A DNA stretch of 50,117 bases, the filler included, from Bipalium vagum (Eukaryota), in NCBI GenBank assembly GCA_037834085.1. It is 3 parts of 3 records of this genome, joined end to end, with 100 filler letters (N's around TTAATTAATTAA, not from the genome) between each part and the next. Parts side by side here need not be neighbours in the genome. Positions count along the whole stretch, not along the records: positions 1 to 17,878 come from JBBMKC010047932.1; positions 17,979 to 33,594 come from JBBMKC010155930.1; 1 more part is not named here. One strand, written 5' to 3'. Below, piece by piece: positions 14,301 through 27,276 of this stretch (its first letter is position 1; each line of letters starts with the position of its first letter). The notes below the pieces were generated by a model, which searched no databases, was not told the origin of the DNA, and saw nothing but the letters and a program-made list of their open reading frames with translations. A program made the position numbers and the translations under genes.

Positions 14301-15589
14301 GGAGATAAGAAAGTTTGATTGTACATAATAAAAATTTCGTCTAATTATAAAATATAAAAAAATAATATCTGAATTTATCTATAAAAATTAATATTTAATA
14401 TTTGTTTGAAGTTATTTAATGCCTTTTTTCCTTAGACTTACGCATAAATCTATTCAGAAAAAGCATAATTTGTAGAATATTATTTTTCTAACACACTAAC
14501 ATTTCTGTAGATATTCTTCGATTATAGATAAGATTATTGTTGTTTATAAATACTTAACTTGTCCATTTGTAAAATAAAATACCAGGACATGGAAAAAATT
14601 CCTAGGGAAAACACAGAAAGTATCATAATCAAAGTGTTGGGTACTCAAAAGCACGGACCTGATAAGATTGTATAAGTTTAAAATTTATTCATTTTGATAG
14701 ATTACTGATTAAGATTGGAACAGTGGAACAAAAATAAGAAACTGTCCAAGATTTATGCAAAGCATTTACTGCAAATAAAAATTATGTAAAAAAATTTCCA
14801 GACAAAATTTTTGAATGTGGTTCATCTAGCATCTGGAACATTTTATAGAAGACTGCCATTCCAGCACCTATTGTCAGAAGACTTATTAAAGATGAAAAAT
14901 TCAGACTAAAATATATATATATAAATCAGTTAGTTATAAATAATTTTAAAAAGGCATATAACAAAATAGTGCGAGAACTTTGTTCCCAACCTAATAAATA
15001 TTCATTTTTAAAAATAAATTGTATTAGTTGGATTTTGAACTTTAAAACCCAATACATAAAATTAAGAGAAACAAAAACTTAAAATACTCTGAAATGATTG
15101 GATAAATAAACAGTCTATCATGATTGGAATTTCATCAAAGAAATCCTTTTATTATCATCAAAATTCCGTTCTCTCCGAATAGAAGAATTTAAATTGGTGA
15201 ACTAAAAATACACTCGATATGATGAAGAGATTCGTGAGCTCATCTAAATTATTATAATGAAAATTCCAATCTCCTTTCAAAACTTCGATCATTACGCGTA
15301 TACAAAATCAGGAAGACAACGAATCATTCGTGAAATTGATGAAAAGCTCATTCAAAATTTGCATAAGCATAGGATTTCACACAGTACATTTTGAACTGGT
15401 GAGCAAAGATGAGAAATTGACATTCACGTTGCATAAAATTGGATTATTTGAAATAAATTTAATGATGGACATTGAGAAACATAGTGGCATATACGTTCCT
15501 CAAAATAATTCTGAATTTAAATTCCATATTAACATTTTTGAAAGGACTAAATATTTCCGAGTGATCATGGATAATTCACTGCAAAATAT

Positions 15590-15825
15590 CCTATGAATAA
15601 CCAGTAGATTTCTCCATTTTACCAAAGGTTTTCTTCATCCAACAGGTAGCGTACACAAGCAATAGATTTATTTAGAGTTTCTGTGACTGGGTGCACAACA
15701 ACGTGGGTCACCTTAAAGTGATTCCATTCCGGATGCGAATGTATGTGCACTAATGAAATGAAATGTGCACTATCCCCATAATATTTTTAGTTGATCCGAA
15801 GCCGCGGTGGGCGATTAGTCTCCTT
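15590..15825 (-). pseudogene. Decayed RGK GTPase middle exon (G3-G4 region)
   Basis: Pieces YGDSAHFI (cf. DGEESTLxFID), GD/HVVVHPVTE (cf. GDAYVVVYSVTD), KSIACVRYLLDE and NLLVIHRI (cf. IILVANK), linked by frameshifts and a stop; same strand as, and upstream of, the 7992-8236 exon. Confidence 0.45.
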
Positions 15826-17878
15826 TGTAGGGAAAATGAAAGAAAAAATATATAGAAATGTTGAAAAACAAAAGCATTCAAGTGCTGATTGATAAGGTTT
15901 TATAATGAATTAAGCATCTCAGCAAGGTGACATATCGACGTGTGACTATTTTCTTCTATAAAGTCACTTAATTTCTCAACAACAATCTGTAACTGGTCGA
16001 CCAGAATGTAATTCATTTTCATCAGAAAAATATTGGGTTAAAATTATAACTTTTAAAATTCCCTTTAAAGTATAAATATATTTCGGTGCGTTTCATTCAT
16101 TTTCTCCTTTATGTTAGTAAAATAGTAAAAACAACGTTTCCTTATTTATTCTTCTTTCATTTTTTTATATCCGGATGAGTATTTCATAGGAATTGTTACC
16201 GATAGGAGAAAGGTGGAATATCAATTTTACACCATCATGAAAACCATTTTGTCTTCATGCATGAAAATAAAAAAAAGATAGACCGAAAAGCTCCTCAACA
16301 TTCCGTACAAGCGAATAAATCTTAAATTTCAAAAGCACGCAATATATTTTCTATTACGACAACTATTTTTTATATTTTTATAAATATTTCTACCACTTTC
16401 AAAAAGAGTATTTCACATTTTATTATCATTTTCATCCTTTACCGTCAGTGGGTGGAAAGTTAGACTTCGAGAATAAATAAAAATTATCATTTGATGAATA
16501 AATTTAAAACAATTTCAGTTATTTCGTTTTCTGTTATGGGAATTACATCTGTGGGTTCAGTTGATAAGAAGATAATTAAGGATTTATTAACAAGATTGCA
16601 GTAATCTGAAAGAATTTGATGACAAGCTTAAGGATTCTGCAAGATGAATTAATTATTAAAATTAACACAGAGACATTCACATCTCGAAAAATATTTGAAA
16701 CTAACATCTAGGCTATTTCCTTTTACAACCAAGACCAATAGTGAATTATCTTTTATTTTTCTTAAACTTTTATTAATTAAAAACTTAATTTTGCAGTTAT
16801 GTTTCAATTTCATTTGTAAAAATTAATAATATATTTATAAATTATTAAAATAATAATACTATATTATTTTCGAGATTTACAGGGAATTTAATTGTTTTCA
16901 AAAAAATATTGTTATTAAAAATTTCGAAAAAATGTTTAGATATTTTCTCATATTTCAATCAATCATAGTTTTGGTTTGAATATAAGATCACCTCTTCAAT
17001 CGATAGTTGAAAGTGCTTCTCGTTTACAACAAGATCTATAGGTGAGAAACTGCAAATATCACACATGAATATTGGGAGTCATTTACGAGCTTTGAATTAC
17101 ATCAATCGTTTTTAATTTTGAATACCGTATCAGTTAGAGGTATTTGTTGAAGTAGTTATTAAATATAATAACCTGTATCCTTATTATATAAAATAATAAT
17201 AAATAATAGAAATATATGGGACTTTAAATGATTTACCCACACAAAAACAGAAAAAGAAGGGATCAGTGAAAAAGATATTGTAACATAAATACTGCTAAAT
17301 ATATATATTGAGAAAAACATGGATTTGCTTCAATGGGGAAAATAATAGCATTTAAACAAGTAAATGTCAGATTATTTGGCGGGCAATGCGTTATAAAATA
17401 ATGAATGACAAAAAACAATTCGTAAAAATTCTAGTCTCTAAAACATAAAAATTCTTAATGAATTGCATTTACTTTAAATCTCCTTTTTTTAAGAACAAAT
17501 ATAATTTTCAAAAAGTACATGTATAGAAAGATCTTTATTTGTCTTATAAAAAGGCTTATGTCAAGTGTGAAGAGAATTTATTATCCAAGAAGTAATTTGA
17601 AAAAGTTTGTCTAATAGGATTTTTTTCTGTTGATTTCATTTCAGGTTTCAATATTACCTTATACGGATTTTTAACTTTCAAAAAATCTTTTATTAATCCA
17701 TCCATTTTAATGCAATGGTATTTTTGTTAAAGATTTCTGTTAATATCCAAGAATTTCATTTGTACCTTTAATAGACGAAATACCACCATCTTAATTTTTA
17801 TTCTTAAATAATATATTTATGTATTTTTTATATTATTTTTTCACGAAATTTTAATTTTTTATAATTAATTAGATATAT

Positions 17879-17978
17879 NNNNNNNNNNNNNNNNNNNNNN
17901 NNNNNNNNNNNNNNNNNNNNNNTTAATTAATTAANNNNNNNNNNNNNNNNNNNNNNNNNNNNNNNNNNNNNNNNNNNN
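17879..17978. other. Assembly gap with artificial six-frame-stop linker
   Basis: 44 N + TTAATTAATTAA (17923-17934) + 44 N. Confidence 0.97.
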
Positions 17979-20399
17979 ATCGAACACGCACAAACGCAAC
18001 CTTCAACCGTTGAGACCTGAGAGACATTTAAGCTCCGACCTTTAACATCCTTTTTTCCATCATTATTCAGGATCTTAACAATAGAATTAAATTTTTTTTC
18101 AATGGACTGAATCTATTTTCTGTCAACGAGTACCAATCACTTTTCTGATCCTACTTTTCTAATCACTTTTTAATCTTACTCCGCCCTACTTGACATTGAG
18201 AAAGCGAAAAAAGTTTAAATTAGAAAAACAAAAAAAATAATTTTGATATTGGAGCAACAATTGCGGATCTATCCAATTGTTAATTTCCGGATAATTTAAA
18301 AGTGATAGTTTAATCGCAATATTCAATTTGTAGTCAAATTGATATTGTTGGTATAAATTGAAAAATAATTACTTTTTAAATCTGAATTGTAGGACTGCGT
18401 GGTTAATCTAGATATCTTGACTTTAATACTTCGAAATCGAAATATATGACTTAAGACTTCAAGATTTTTCCTTATTTTCTCCTTTCTATCACCGTTTATA
18501 TCCTCTGGAATGTTTATCTCCTCTTGTGCATGATTTGATTGAATATTTATCTCCTCTCTTGATTTTGCTATTTTTGTTTTTGTTTCTTATTTTTTCTCTC
18601 TTTCCTTTTTTTTATAAATTGAATTCTGTCTTTATTTAGAATTTTTGACTTCTTTTTCCTGTATCCAATTTCCAAATTATCTTATTGAATATGATGACAG
18701 CTGAGGTGATATTTGACAACTTGCTGTTGAAATGGTTTTTTGCGACATGAGGATATTGTCTTATTTTCTAATTATTGATGACTTGATAATCTTTAATTTC
18801 CAAATTGATAATAATTGTTGTCGACGTTAGTTCGCTTAGTCTCTCTTAATTATTTGTCGTTTTTTGTGTGTTCGTAATAAAAAAGCGACTTAATTTATAT
18901 TATAATTTTTTATCTTTTAATTATTTATAGTAATCTAAATTTACTATTTTTAACTTTTTATATATTATTTTTTGTTATTAATTTCGCTATGACTTATTAT
19001 TTTTATTTTAAGTAATTATTTTTACTGAACTTTCTAAATTTAAGATTATTTTAATTTATATACCATTTTTTTATAAATTTTAATTATATTTTATTTATAT
19101 ATTTTATATTTTTATGATTTGTAGTTTTCGGGATTTATCAGTAATAATTCACATATATTCTACACACATGCACAATAAAATTTCTTTACAATATTATAAG
19201 ATGTTTTGTTTCATGCAAAAGATCACACAAAAAGGTTGAATGAATCAAAAAATGTTTAAAGGAATTTGTTAAGTCTTTCATCTTCTGAAGATCCTGGAAA
19301 TTTGCATGGGATTCCCCACACTATTATTAAATTACTTGGCCAAAATATGATGAATGCTTTGGAACAGTGGTTTGCACAATGGGAATCAGCTTGTTGACAT
19401 TATTTGAAAAAAAAATTTTCGAGTTGGCAACTTTAAAACAATTTAAAATTTGTAGGACCTTCAAATATATTTAATGAGAAATTAATGTTAACACATTGTG
19501 ATAAAGATAATGATTAGGTTGTTCAGAAGGTTTGTCAAGTTTATTGTTTATAGGGTGGCTGGATTTTGAAGAAAATCCAAGAACTTCATAAAATATATAA
19601 AAGAAAATTTTATTCTTTAAAGTATAGTCCATTGTTCACAATAGTCTTCTGCCATATTTCCGCAAGAATATTCATTTTAGGTTTACCGAATTTAATTCTA
19701 CAGGAATAAAAAATCTACCAATTCGTTGGCAACAATGTGTAATCAATAAATCTTTTGTTTCTCCTGATTTGTACTGTTTTAAAATGAATATATTAAAATG
19801 AAAATATTTTTTGTTGAAATTTTTATATTTTTAAATTTGAAAACCATTTTTGGGTGGTTCTAGATATATCCACTTTTAAATTCATATAAAAGTATGAATT
19901 GGTTCATATTTTTGAAAACTGTAAAAAAAGAAATCTTATTATGAAATAGAGTAAGAAGTTTAAATTTAGAAAGACCAATTGAAATCCTTTACAATAAAAG
20001 TTGGTATATTATACCATATCTTTTGCACCTTCTACATTTTATCAGTTTTCGGATATGTTGTGCCTTGACTCTCACCTTATTATTTCTGTAAATAAAATTT
20101 TGACGAAAAATAAAATTTAAATAATACACTGGTTAATTGAAAATTAATTAAATAAATTTTATATATTATTTTAGAATTTACTACTGATTTTTAATCGGTA
20201 GCATGTATTTCTAAAATAATAATTTTATTCTTAGTAATAATTAAATATAGAAAGTACATCATGATTAATAGCTTAACTGACCAATCAGACGCTAAAACGA
20301 ACAGTAAAATAGTATATAAGGCAGTGAAAATGCATTATTATTCGTCCAGAAAATTGACAGATAAAAAGTATGTCTTATTTTGGTAATTTTATATTGCTG

Positions 20400-21150
20400 A
20401 CCAGGGTATTCCTTGCCAAAGCTTTTTAATTAAGGATTGTTGCTTGTAGACTGCCTGAGCAGTTTAGTGATTTAGTTAGACTGCATGTTGCAGTTTTTTG
20501 TGTAATTAAAAGGGTAAAATTTAACCCTTATTTTATTAATACATTTTCAGAATAGTTGTTTTGTGTTTTTGTTACGAGCTCTTCAGATAGACCCACAGAA
20601 ACCTCACCGTAGGACAGATGAGCTTGATAAGAGTTGCGCCAACAGACAGAGAACTTACATACAATCTTGTTTTAATAGGTTACAGAATTCAACGTCCTAA
20701 TAAATTTGTTTCAAAATTCCTATATCTAATGGTTAAAACCACCCCCAAACATGGAGTTGGACACATATTGAAAAACATTCTTCCTACAAAATTTTTTCAT
20801 ATTAAGACCATATAATTTTTAGGACATAATAAAAATAGCTCAATCAGAAAAGATACCAATTGCACATCATGTTTGAAGATAGTCCTAAAGAGGTTTTGCT
20901 TAATACCCAAAGAAACCTGCATACACATATCGTATCTTAACTGGTTTTGATCTTTGGAACAGTATCAGTTGAAAATGAAAATTGACATCGCGAAAACTCC
21001 TATGAAAATTGGAGCTGTTAATACCTGTACATAATTAATAAAGATATACGTTAATTCGGGATAATGACAAAAATTATGCTAAAGTATTGCAGTCTCATCT
21101 AATTAATGATATCTGCATTTTTTCTGTTCACTTCAAAAGGAGCATCCTTA
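20400..21150 (-). mobile_element. piggyBac-like transposase relic
   Basis: Ordered degenerate motifs PIFIGVFAMS (cf. PIFRATMS), DVQLVSF (cf. DEQLVAF), KLYGL (cf. KYGIK); heavily disrupted, termini not established. Confidence 0.35.
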
Positions 21151-21733
21151 TATTTAACGACATATCTCTTTTAATATCAGTCATTTTACTGTAAATCCTT
21201 TTTCAATTTTATTTTCCTATTATATATCAACTTCAAACCAAAAGTAACATGTCATAAAAATAATCCCTGAGTCATCCGAAAATTCAAAAGTACAATGAAA
21301 GCAAACAACCAAGAGCGTTGCACTTATCTACACAATAAACACAATTTTTACACTAAAACCGCTAATATTAATACATTTCTTTTATTCCCAGAAAAGTCTA
21401 TTTGATGGGCTGGACAACAATGGATCTCTAGCCTAAATCTACTGAGACAAAATATGAGTTCAGTTTAGAAAAAAATTCAATTGGGATAAATAACAGTTCA
21501 TATAAAATCGATTAATAAATATCCACGCAAACTGTACTATCATTCCCCTTCAAACGCTATGGTGACAATGATAACAACTAATTACAACTATTACTAATGG
21601 AAAATGTTCTGAAAAAGGCTAAAAAATAATCTAAAATGAATAGAACAAACACACACGCGAGGCACCCACAGTGATCGGATTTAGCAAGTGAATTTTGGAG
21701 CAGCACATAAATTTTGTATTTGAGGAAAGTGAA

Positions 21734-21868
21734 TCAAAAGACGCTGGTGTCAAAGTCAAGGAACAGGTGGTTTCTGATTTTCTTATCATCGCTGGGTCGA
21801 TCGTGTTCGACACTGACAGCAAGACTCGTGAATTCAGTCTCGAAATATTGCGTATCAGCAGGAAAGTC
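21734..21868 (-). CDS. PKN: PKN last exon (AGC C-terminal tail)
   Basis: Acceptor TTTTCCCAG; [44 protein letters not shown]. Confidence 0.85.
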   Translation of the reverse strand, partial: DFPADTQYFETEFTSLAVSVEHDRPSDDKKIRNHLFLDFDTSVF

Positions 21869-24800
21869 CTGGGAAAAAAGGTGAAAACCATTAATAATAG
21901 AAAAGAATAACAGAAACTTAGAAAATTATAATTTTTATCAAATAATAAATTGAAATAATATTTTTTTATTATTACAAAAAAAATAAAATAATAACATTTA
22001 TTAAGAAAAATATCAATAAAAGTTAAAATGAAATATAAAAAGTAAATATATTAATGTCAATATCAGATAATAATTTATAAATCAATATTAATAAAATACA
22101 ATATCAAGGAAAAATTAATTTTACCAAATGAGGAACGAAAGGACATTTGACTTGGCGCTGGTACAACCTGTCCCAATCGATATTGTCGAAGAAAGGATGG
22201 GCCTTAACGTCACGAGCACCGTTCTCTCCATACCCCAAGCGCTGATTAGGTTTGTGTTCCAAGAGAGCCGTTACGAAAGACAAATTTGTGCTACTCAGCC
22301 CCGAAGTGTCGGGGAACGTTTCGAGAATGTTGTGGAAAATTTCGTCGTCCTCGGAACCCGGAAACGGAGTCTCACCCAGCATCATTTGATAAACGAGAAC
22401 ACCGAGCGCCCACCAGTCGACGGCACGAGTGTACTCCTGGACGGAAATGATTTCTGGGGCCAGAAACTCTGGCGTACCGCAGAACGTCGTTGTGTAATCG
22501 TCCCACTTCATATTCTCCTTACTCAGTCCGAAATCTGTTAGTTTTGCGTAACCCTGGTGGTCCATCAGAACGTTTTCTAGTTTCAGATCTCTAAAAAGAC
22601 AAAGAAAGATTGTCACACACGAACCAATCAAAATAGCTCATCTTTTTGACGACGAGAGCTAATCAAAATCACGATACCCACCTGTAAATAATATCTTTGC
22701 CGTGGAGGAATTCAAAGGCCAAAACAACACAGGCAATGTAAAACCTGGCCTGTTCCTCTTTAAACAGGTTATTGTGAATATGTCCCATCAGGTCACCTCC
22801 AGCCGCGTACTCCATTGCAATCAATAAATAACGCTATAAAAATATCCATGAAAATAATTACTATTACTAATAAATTATCAATAATGTTGTATTGAAGAGA
22901 AAAATTAATTTTTTATCTATATTATTCATTAATAATCAATAAATATAATTGATTGTTAATATTAATAATCAACTGAACAATATAAATGTAATCCTTTGAC
23001 GATCACTAATAGATAAATCAATAAAATTAAATATTAATTATAATAAATAAATAATAATGATCTAAATATTTTTAATTTCATTAATTTATCAAACCAATTG
23101 AAACATGAACAAATATCGATAATAATTATATTAATTTATTATTAATAAACAAAAATTGATATTTTAATTATAATCAATAAAAATAACCAATAATTAAATA
23201 ATTATTGTTAGATGTAGAGAAACTATCAATAACCAAAAATTCAAATTAATAAGAACAAATCTTAAAATAATTATAATAATAAATTCAAAATCCAAAAAAC
23301 CTCTGTTTGAAAGCACCCGATAAGTCCAATGAGAAAGGGACACTTGGATTCTTTGATCAAAGTGAGAATTTTTTTCTCGGACTGCAAACTCAAATATTCT
23401 CCTTCTCTGCTGGCTCGACATTTCTGGATGCTTTTGATGGCGCACAGAGTTCCATTACGATTTTCTCGAGCTAAAAGCACTTTGCCAAAGTTTCCCATTC
23501 CCAACACACAGATCAATTCGAAATCATTAGACGACCACTGAGGAAAAAGAATATTAAGTAAAAAAATTAAATATAATAATGAATATAAAAATGTTGAAAA
23601 AAGAAAACATTCTCAACATAAATTTTTGAAAAAGAGGGTTATCTACTTTGTCGCCGGCCTTCGTGATTTGCTGACTCTTATTTGTCTTTAACCGTGGTAA
23701 ATCAACTTCGACGTCTCTTTCAACCTCCTCCTCCTCCTCTTCCTCTTCGTCTTCATCGCTGTCTTCGTTTTCATTTTCATCCCAGAATGATTTATCTGAC
23801 CTGTCGTTTTGATCGTTCGTGTCATTGATCAAGCTGCGATATTCAGGAGGCACGACGAGTTCTGAAGTAGAATTACAAGACCGGTCATCGTAAAAAGGAG
23901 AACCCCAATCGTGGGACGGTTCTTCTTTCACGGACATTTTGTCAGTTTTGGACTCGCATAACAAACTCTTTTTTTGATTCGATTGGCTCTTTACTACAGA
24001 ACAGGTGGTTTTCGAAGACTTTATAAGCGATTGGCCGAACATGCTGCTGTCGATTTTGCAAACAGGGAGGTTTTGCAGTTCTGGAGAGCAGGCCAAAGGG
24101 ACGACATTTCGACTGCCGCTAAGACTCACCACAGAACAATCCATGAGACTTCTCGATAAAATGTGGACTGCCTTTCCACCATACGACATGTCATTTCTTC
24201 TTGACAAACCACAGATACTGAAATCACGATTACTGTGACCATCGATGTCGAAGTGTGTGTTTTGATCGTCATCAGATTCAGAATCGGACTCGGAGCACCC
24301 AAGAGACTTGGTTGTTCGGTTCAATGGGTGTCGATAAGAAGTGAATGACTGTTGCAAGACAATGTTGCTCTGAGACATGGATTTGTTCAGTTCATTTTGT
24401 CGATCACAATCTCGATTACACGATTCGTTTACGCTGCGGTTTTCCATTATTTTGCTCAATTGCTGTCGACTTGTCTTTGCCGGAGTCAAGGCAACGTTGA
24501 AATACTTTCTTGGAGAGCACAAAATCCCATCTGCAAGAATGGAACGACTCCTTTCATCAGCAAAAGGTGACGGAGGAGGGAGCGGATGTTGCAGGAAACC
24601 ATTTGGAGACAGAACAGTTTGTGAATTGCGAATCTTATTTGTGATTGGAGTCGAGGCAGGTTGAGAACGTAAGGCAGACACAAAGGCCAGGGAAGAAAAG
24701 TTATCCCGCTTTTCCGATAGCGGTTCTTTGTCAAAGTTGATAAATTGGCATACGGCTCTTGGATTTCTTTGACTCAATTTCGGGGTTGGTCTGATCGAAG

Positions 24801-27276
24801 GTTTTTTTATCAAAGGAGTCTGTGGCAACTTTTCAATTGGTTTCGAACAAAAAGATGAGTTGATAACTTCGTGTCTGATGTCTTTGCAAAAGATCTGAGT
24901 ATTCAAAAATTGATTAAACGATTAATAACAAAAAAAAATATTAATAAATATATATTTATCGATTAAATAATACTAATGAAAAACAATAAATATCGATTTT
25001 ATAATAACAAAATAGTATTCATGTAAAATTTTATTATTTCCATAATCATCTAATAAACATAAATAATAATTAATTAATTAATAATAATAAATATATTGAT
25101 TTTGAGAAATAAAAAAATTAAAAATAACTGAAAAAATCATTAAAAATTATATTACATCTCGTCTATGATCGGCGGTTGTTTGGTTCTCACTTCTGACTTC
25201 CACTGCCAGTCGATCGATGTGATTCTGGAACCAGTCCGTCCACACGGACACAGGAACGTTGGCTTCAGTATATCTAGCAACTCGGTAACCTGATAGCGAA
25301 AAAGATTCGAAATTAATTTAAAAATAAATAATTATTATTGATTTTGAACGATTTAAAACATCAATGAAAATCATTAAAATATAAAATACATTCATCTAAC
25401 CTCCCAATTTTGCGAAAATATTCCCTCGCCTTTTCAGTCCGAACTTTTTGCACACATTTGAGGGCATGGTAACAAAATTCTCTTTGTTGTTGCTATTGGT
25501 GTTCTCGTTCATATTGATAACAGTGGTAGGAGGTTGGTAAGCATCGTCTTTCGCGCCGAGACCCACCTCAGATGGAATTGCCAAAGATGAAGCTTCGTAA
25601 AGCTTCATTTGACACATTACGAATCCAGCCGGTTCCAGATAAATGGTGCGCGGTTTCAGCTCTTCCTCCTTCTCTCCTCCTCCACAATTTTTCTGACCTA
25701 TCACCTTTTGGGTTTCTAGCAACGAATACAACGGCACTATGGCAACGGCAACAAGTCGGTCATGTTTTCCAGCGATCTCCCAGACTTGGATCTCGATTTC
25801 TCGTGCTTTCAAAATGGACATTTGGCTCGACAACATCAACGATTGAGGCGCCATTGGTTCAGAAAACACTTGTTGATCTTTCACAATGACAACAGTGCGT
25901 CGCTTGTGCTGCTTTGAGCAAAAGCTTTGGTTGAATTGATCTGCCACCAACCCAGGAGCATTTTCGGTCAAGATCTTGTCTAAATAATCGGACTCGTAGA
26001 TGCCCTGGAACGGGTAGGAAAAAACGGTTATTGATGAAAAAAAAACTTTCAAAAATGAATTGGTTTGCAAAACTCTTTCCCTCCTTTCTCTATCTTCAAG
26101 CTAAAGAAAACCTATTACCATAAATCCGCTCAATTTGAAACAGATAAATCCCGAAAAGTGCGGCATTTGTATCGGATTGATGGTGAGGACTTTACAGAAA
26201 CAGAACTGATCGGGCTTTTTCAACAACGACTGGTCGTGATTTAGGCTGATTTTCGAGCTAGATTGTTGGGTTGAGACAGCACCACATATTTTGCAGCTGT
26301 TCTTGATCAGGTTGATTAGACTGCCGATTCCCGACTCCATGTTTTCCAGTAACAGATTCGTCAGAAAGTCGAGATTCATGGCCGTGGTGTTGATGTCCTT
26401 GTGATCGAGCAGGATCAGTTTCAGCGTTAGGATAAACAGCCTCTTTTTTTCCAAGGCATACGTCTTCTGATGGAGAAAATTGTTGATTTCCTTTCGTTTG
26501 TAGTGGTTCTTCACTCCGAACACCATGGATTTTTTGATTGATTCCAAATAAGCACTTTCGATATGAATTCTACTGATGAGGAAGCTGATCTTTTCCGTTA
26601 TGCCGACGATCTGAGTACCGAGATTCAGTTTCTAAATAGACGACGGATCCATTAAGGTTTTTAGGTGAGAAAAATTAGGTTGGACGGATATATGAGTGTA
26701 ACATTGAAAAAGCGCTGACCGTTAACGGATCATCATCAAATTTACTAAATTTTAAGATTTGGATTAAGGTTTAGGTTGAGAAATTTCGCGTCCTTTGTGT
26801 TGAAGATCAAACAAGTCTTTGTTAATAGAAAAATTAATTTGATATCAAGTTTCCAAGATAAAAATATATCCATTGAATAAAATCGATCGAAAATTAATTA
26901 TGGAAAAATCGATATTTTATTTATCGAACAAATATTCAAAAATATCATTATATAAATTTAAAAATTTATCTCACCGTGTAAAGGATATTCAGCTCGCCGT
27001 TTCTGTTATGTTCTGACATTGGTAAACGTTAAAAATGATCGGAAAATATAAAAATTAACCAACCCAAACCATTGGTGGAATTGATATAATTTTCCAATTT
27101 TTTCAACAGATTCAACAAGGGCATTATTTCGCCCAGTTGATGCTTTGATTGCAAATTTGAAATTACATTAACCATCTGGCCTTTGATCACGGTTAATTCG
27201 TTGGGCTTTTGGTCAAACTGAGAAGGATTTGAAGTATGTTTTATTACTTATATAATTCAGAAATTACTTCTTTCAT
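21734..27276 (-). CDS. PKN: Serine/threonine protein kinase N (PKN/PRK), AGC family, ~1230 aa, multi-exon
   Basis: Phase-consistent GT-AG model: 27268-27276, 27070-27217, 26975-27012, 26119-26631, 25401-26004, 25156-25289, 23647-24894, 23301-23537, 22682-22833, 22125-22590, 21734-21868. Contains an HR1-like helix ([21 protein letters not shown]), C2-like region (EIQVW..LEPAG), PKN-type [18 protein letters not shown], kinase motifs [67 protein letters not shown], and a C-tail YFETEFT..FLDFD. The first three exons are less certain. Confidence 0.9.
22125..22590 (-). CDS. PKN: PKN kinase exon (subdomains VIb-XI)
   Basis: [20 protein letters not shown]; TTTTAG acceptor, GTAAAA donor. Confidence 0.92.
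22682..22833 (-). CDS. PKN: PKN kinase exon (subdomains V-VIa), missed by the ORF track
   Basis: [51 protein letters not shown]; phases 0/2 fit the neighbouring exons. Confidence 0.9.
23301..23537 (-). CDS. PKN: PKN kinase exon (subdomains I-IV)
   Basis: [40 protein letters not shown]. Confidence 0.9.
23647..24894 (-). CDS. PKN: PKN large linker exon (416 aa, Ser/Pro/acidic-rich)
   Basis: GC-elevated open frame; ACTCAG acceptor and AAA|GTAGAT donor, both phase 0. Confidence 0.8.
25156..25289 (-). CDS. PKN: PKN exon (post-C2 conserved segment)
   Basis: [22 protein letters not shown]..; phases 1/0 fit. Confidence 0.8.
25401..26004 (-). CDS. PKN: PKN C2-like exon
   Basis: [41 protein letters not shown]. 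Confidence 0.85.
26119..26631 (-). CDS. PKN: PKN HR1-like exon
   Basis: [48 protein letters not shown]; canonical splice sites. Confidence 0.75.

Noticed and set aside
17923-17934. TTAATTAATTAA as a biological palindrome or piggyBac site
   Set aside because: Centred in N runs and repeated exactly at 33639; synthetic linker.
21631-25889. Overlapping ORFs on the plus strand or in alternative frames (21631, 21695, 22128, 23194, 23329, 23974-24734, 25572)
   Set aside because: Shadows of GC-richer PKN exons; no recognisable motifs.
27017-27019. ATG as PKN start
   Set aside because: It more likely lies in an intron just before a TCAG acceptor; an upstream in-phase exon (27070-27217) exists. Not fully excluded.
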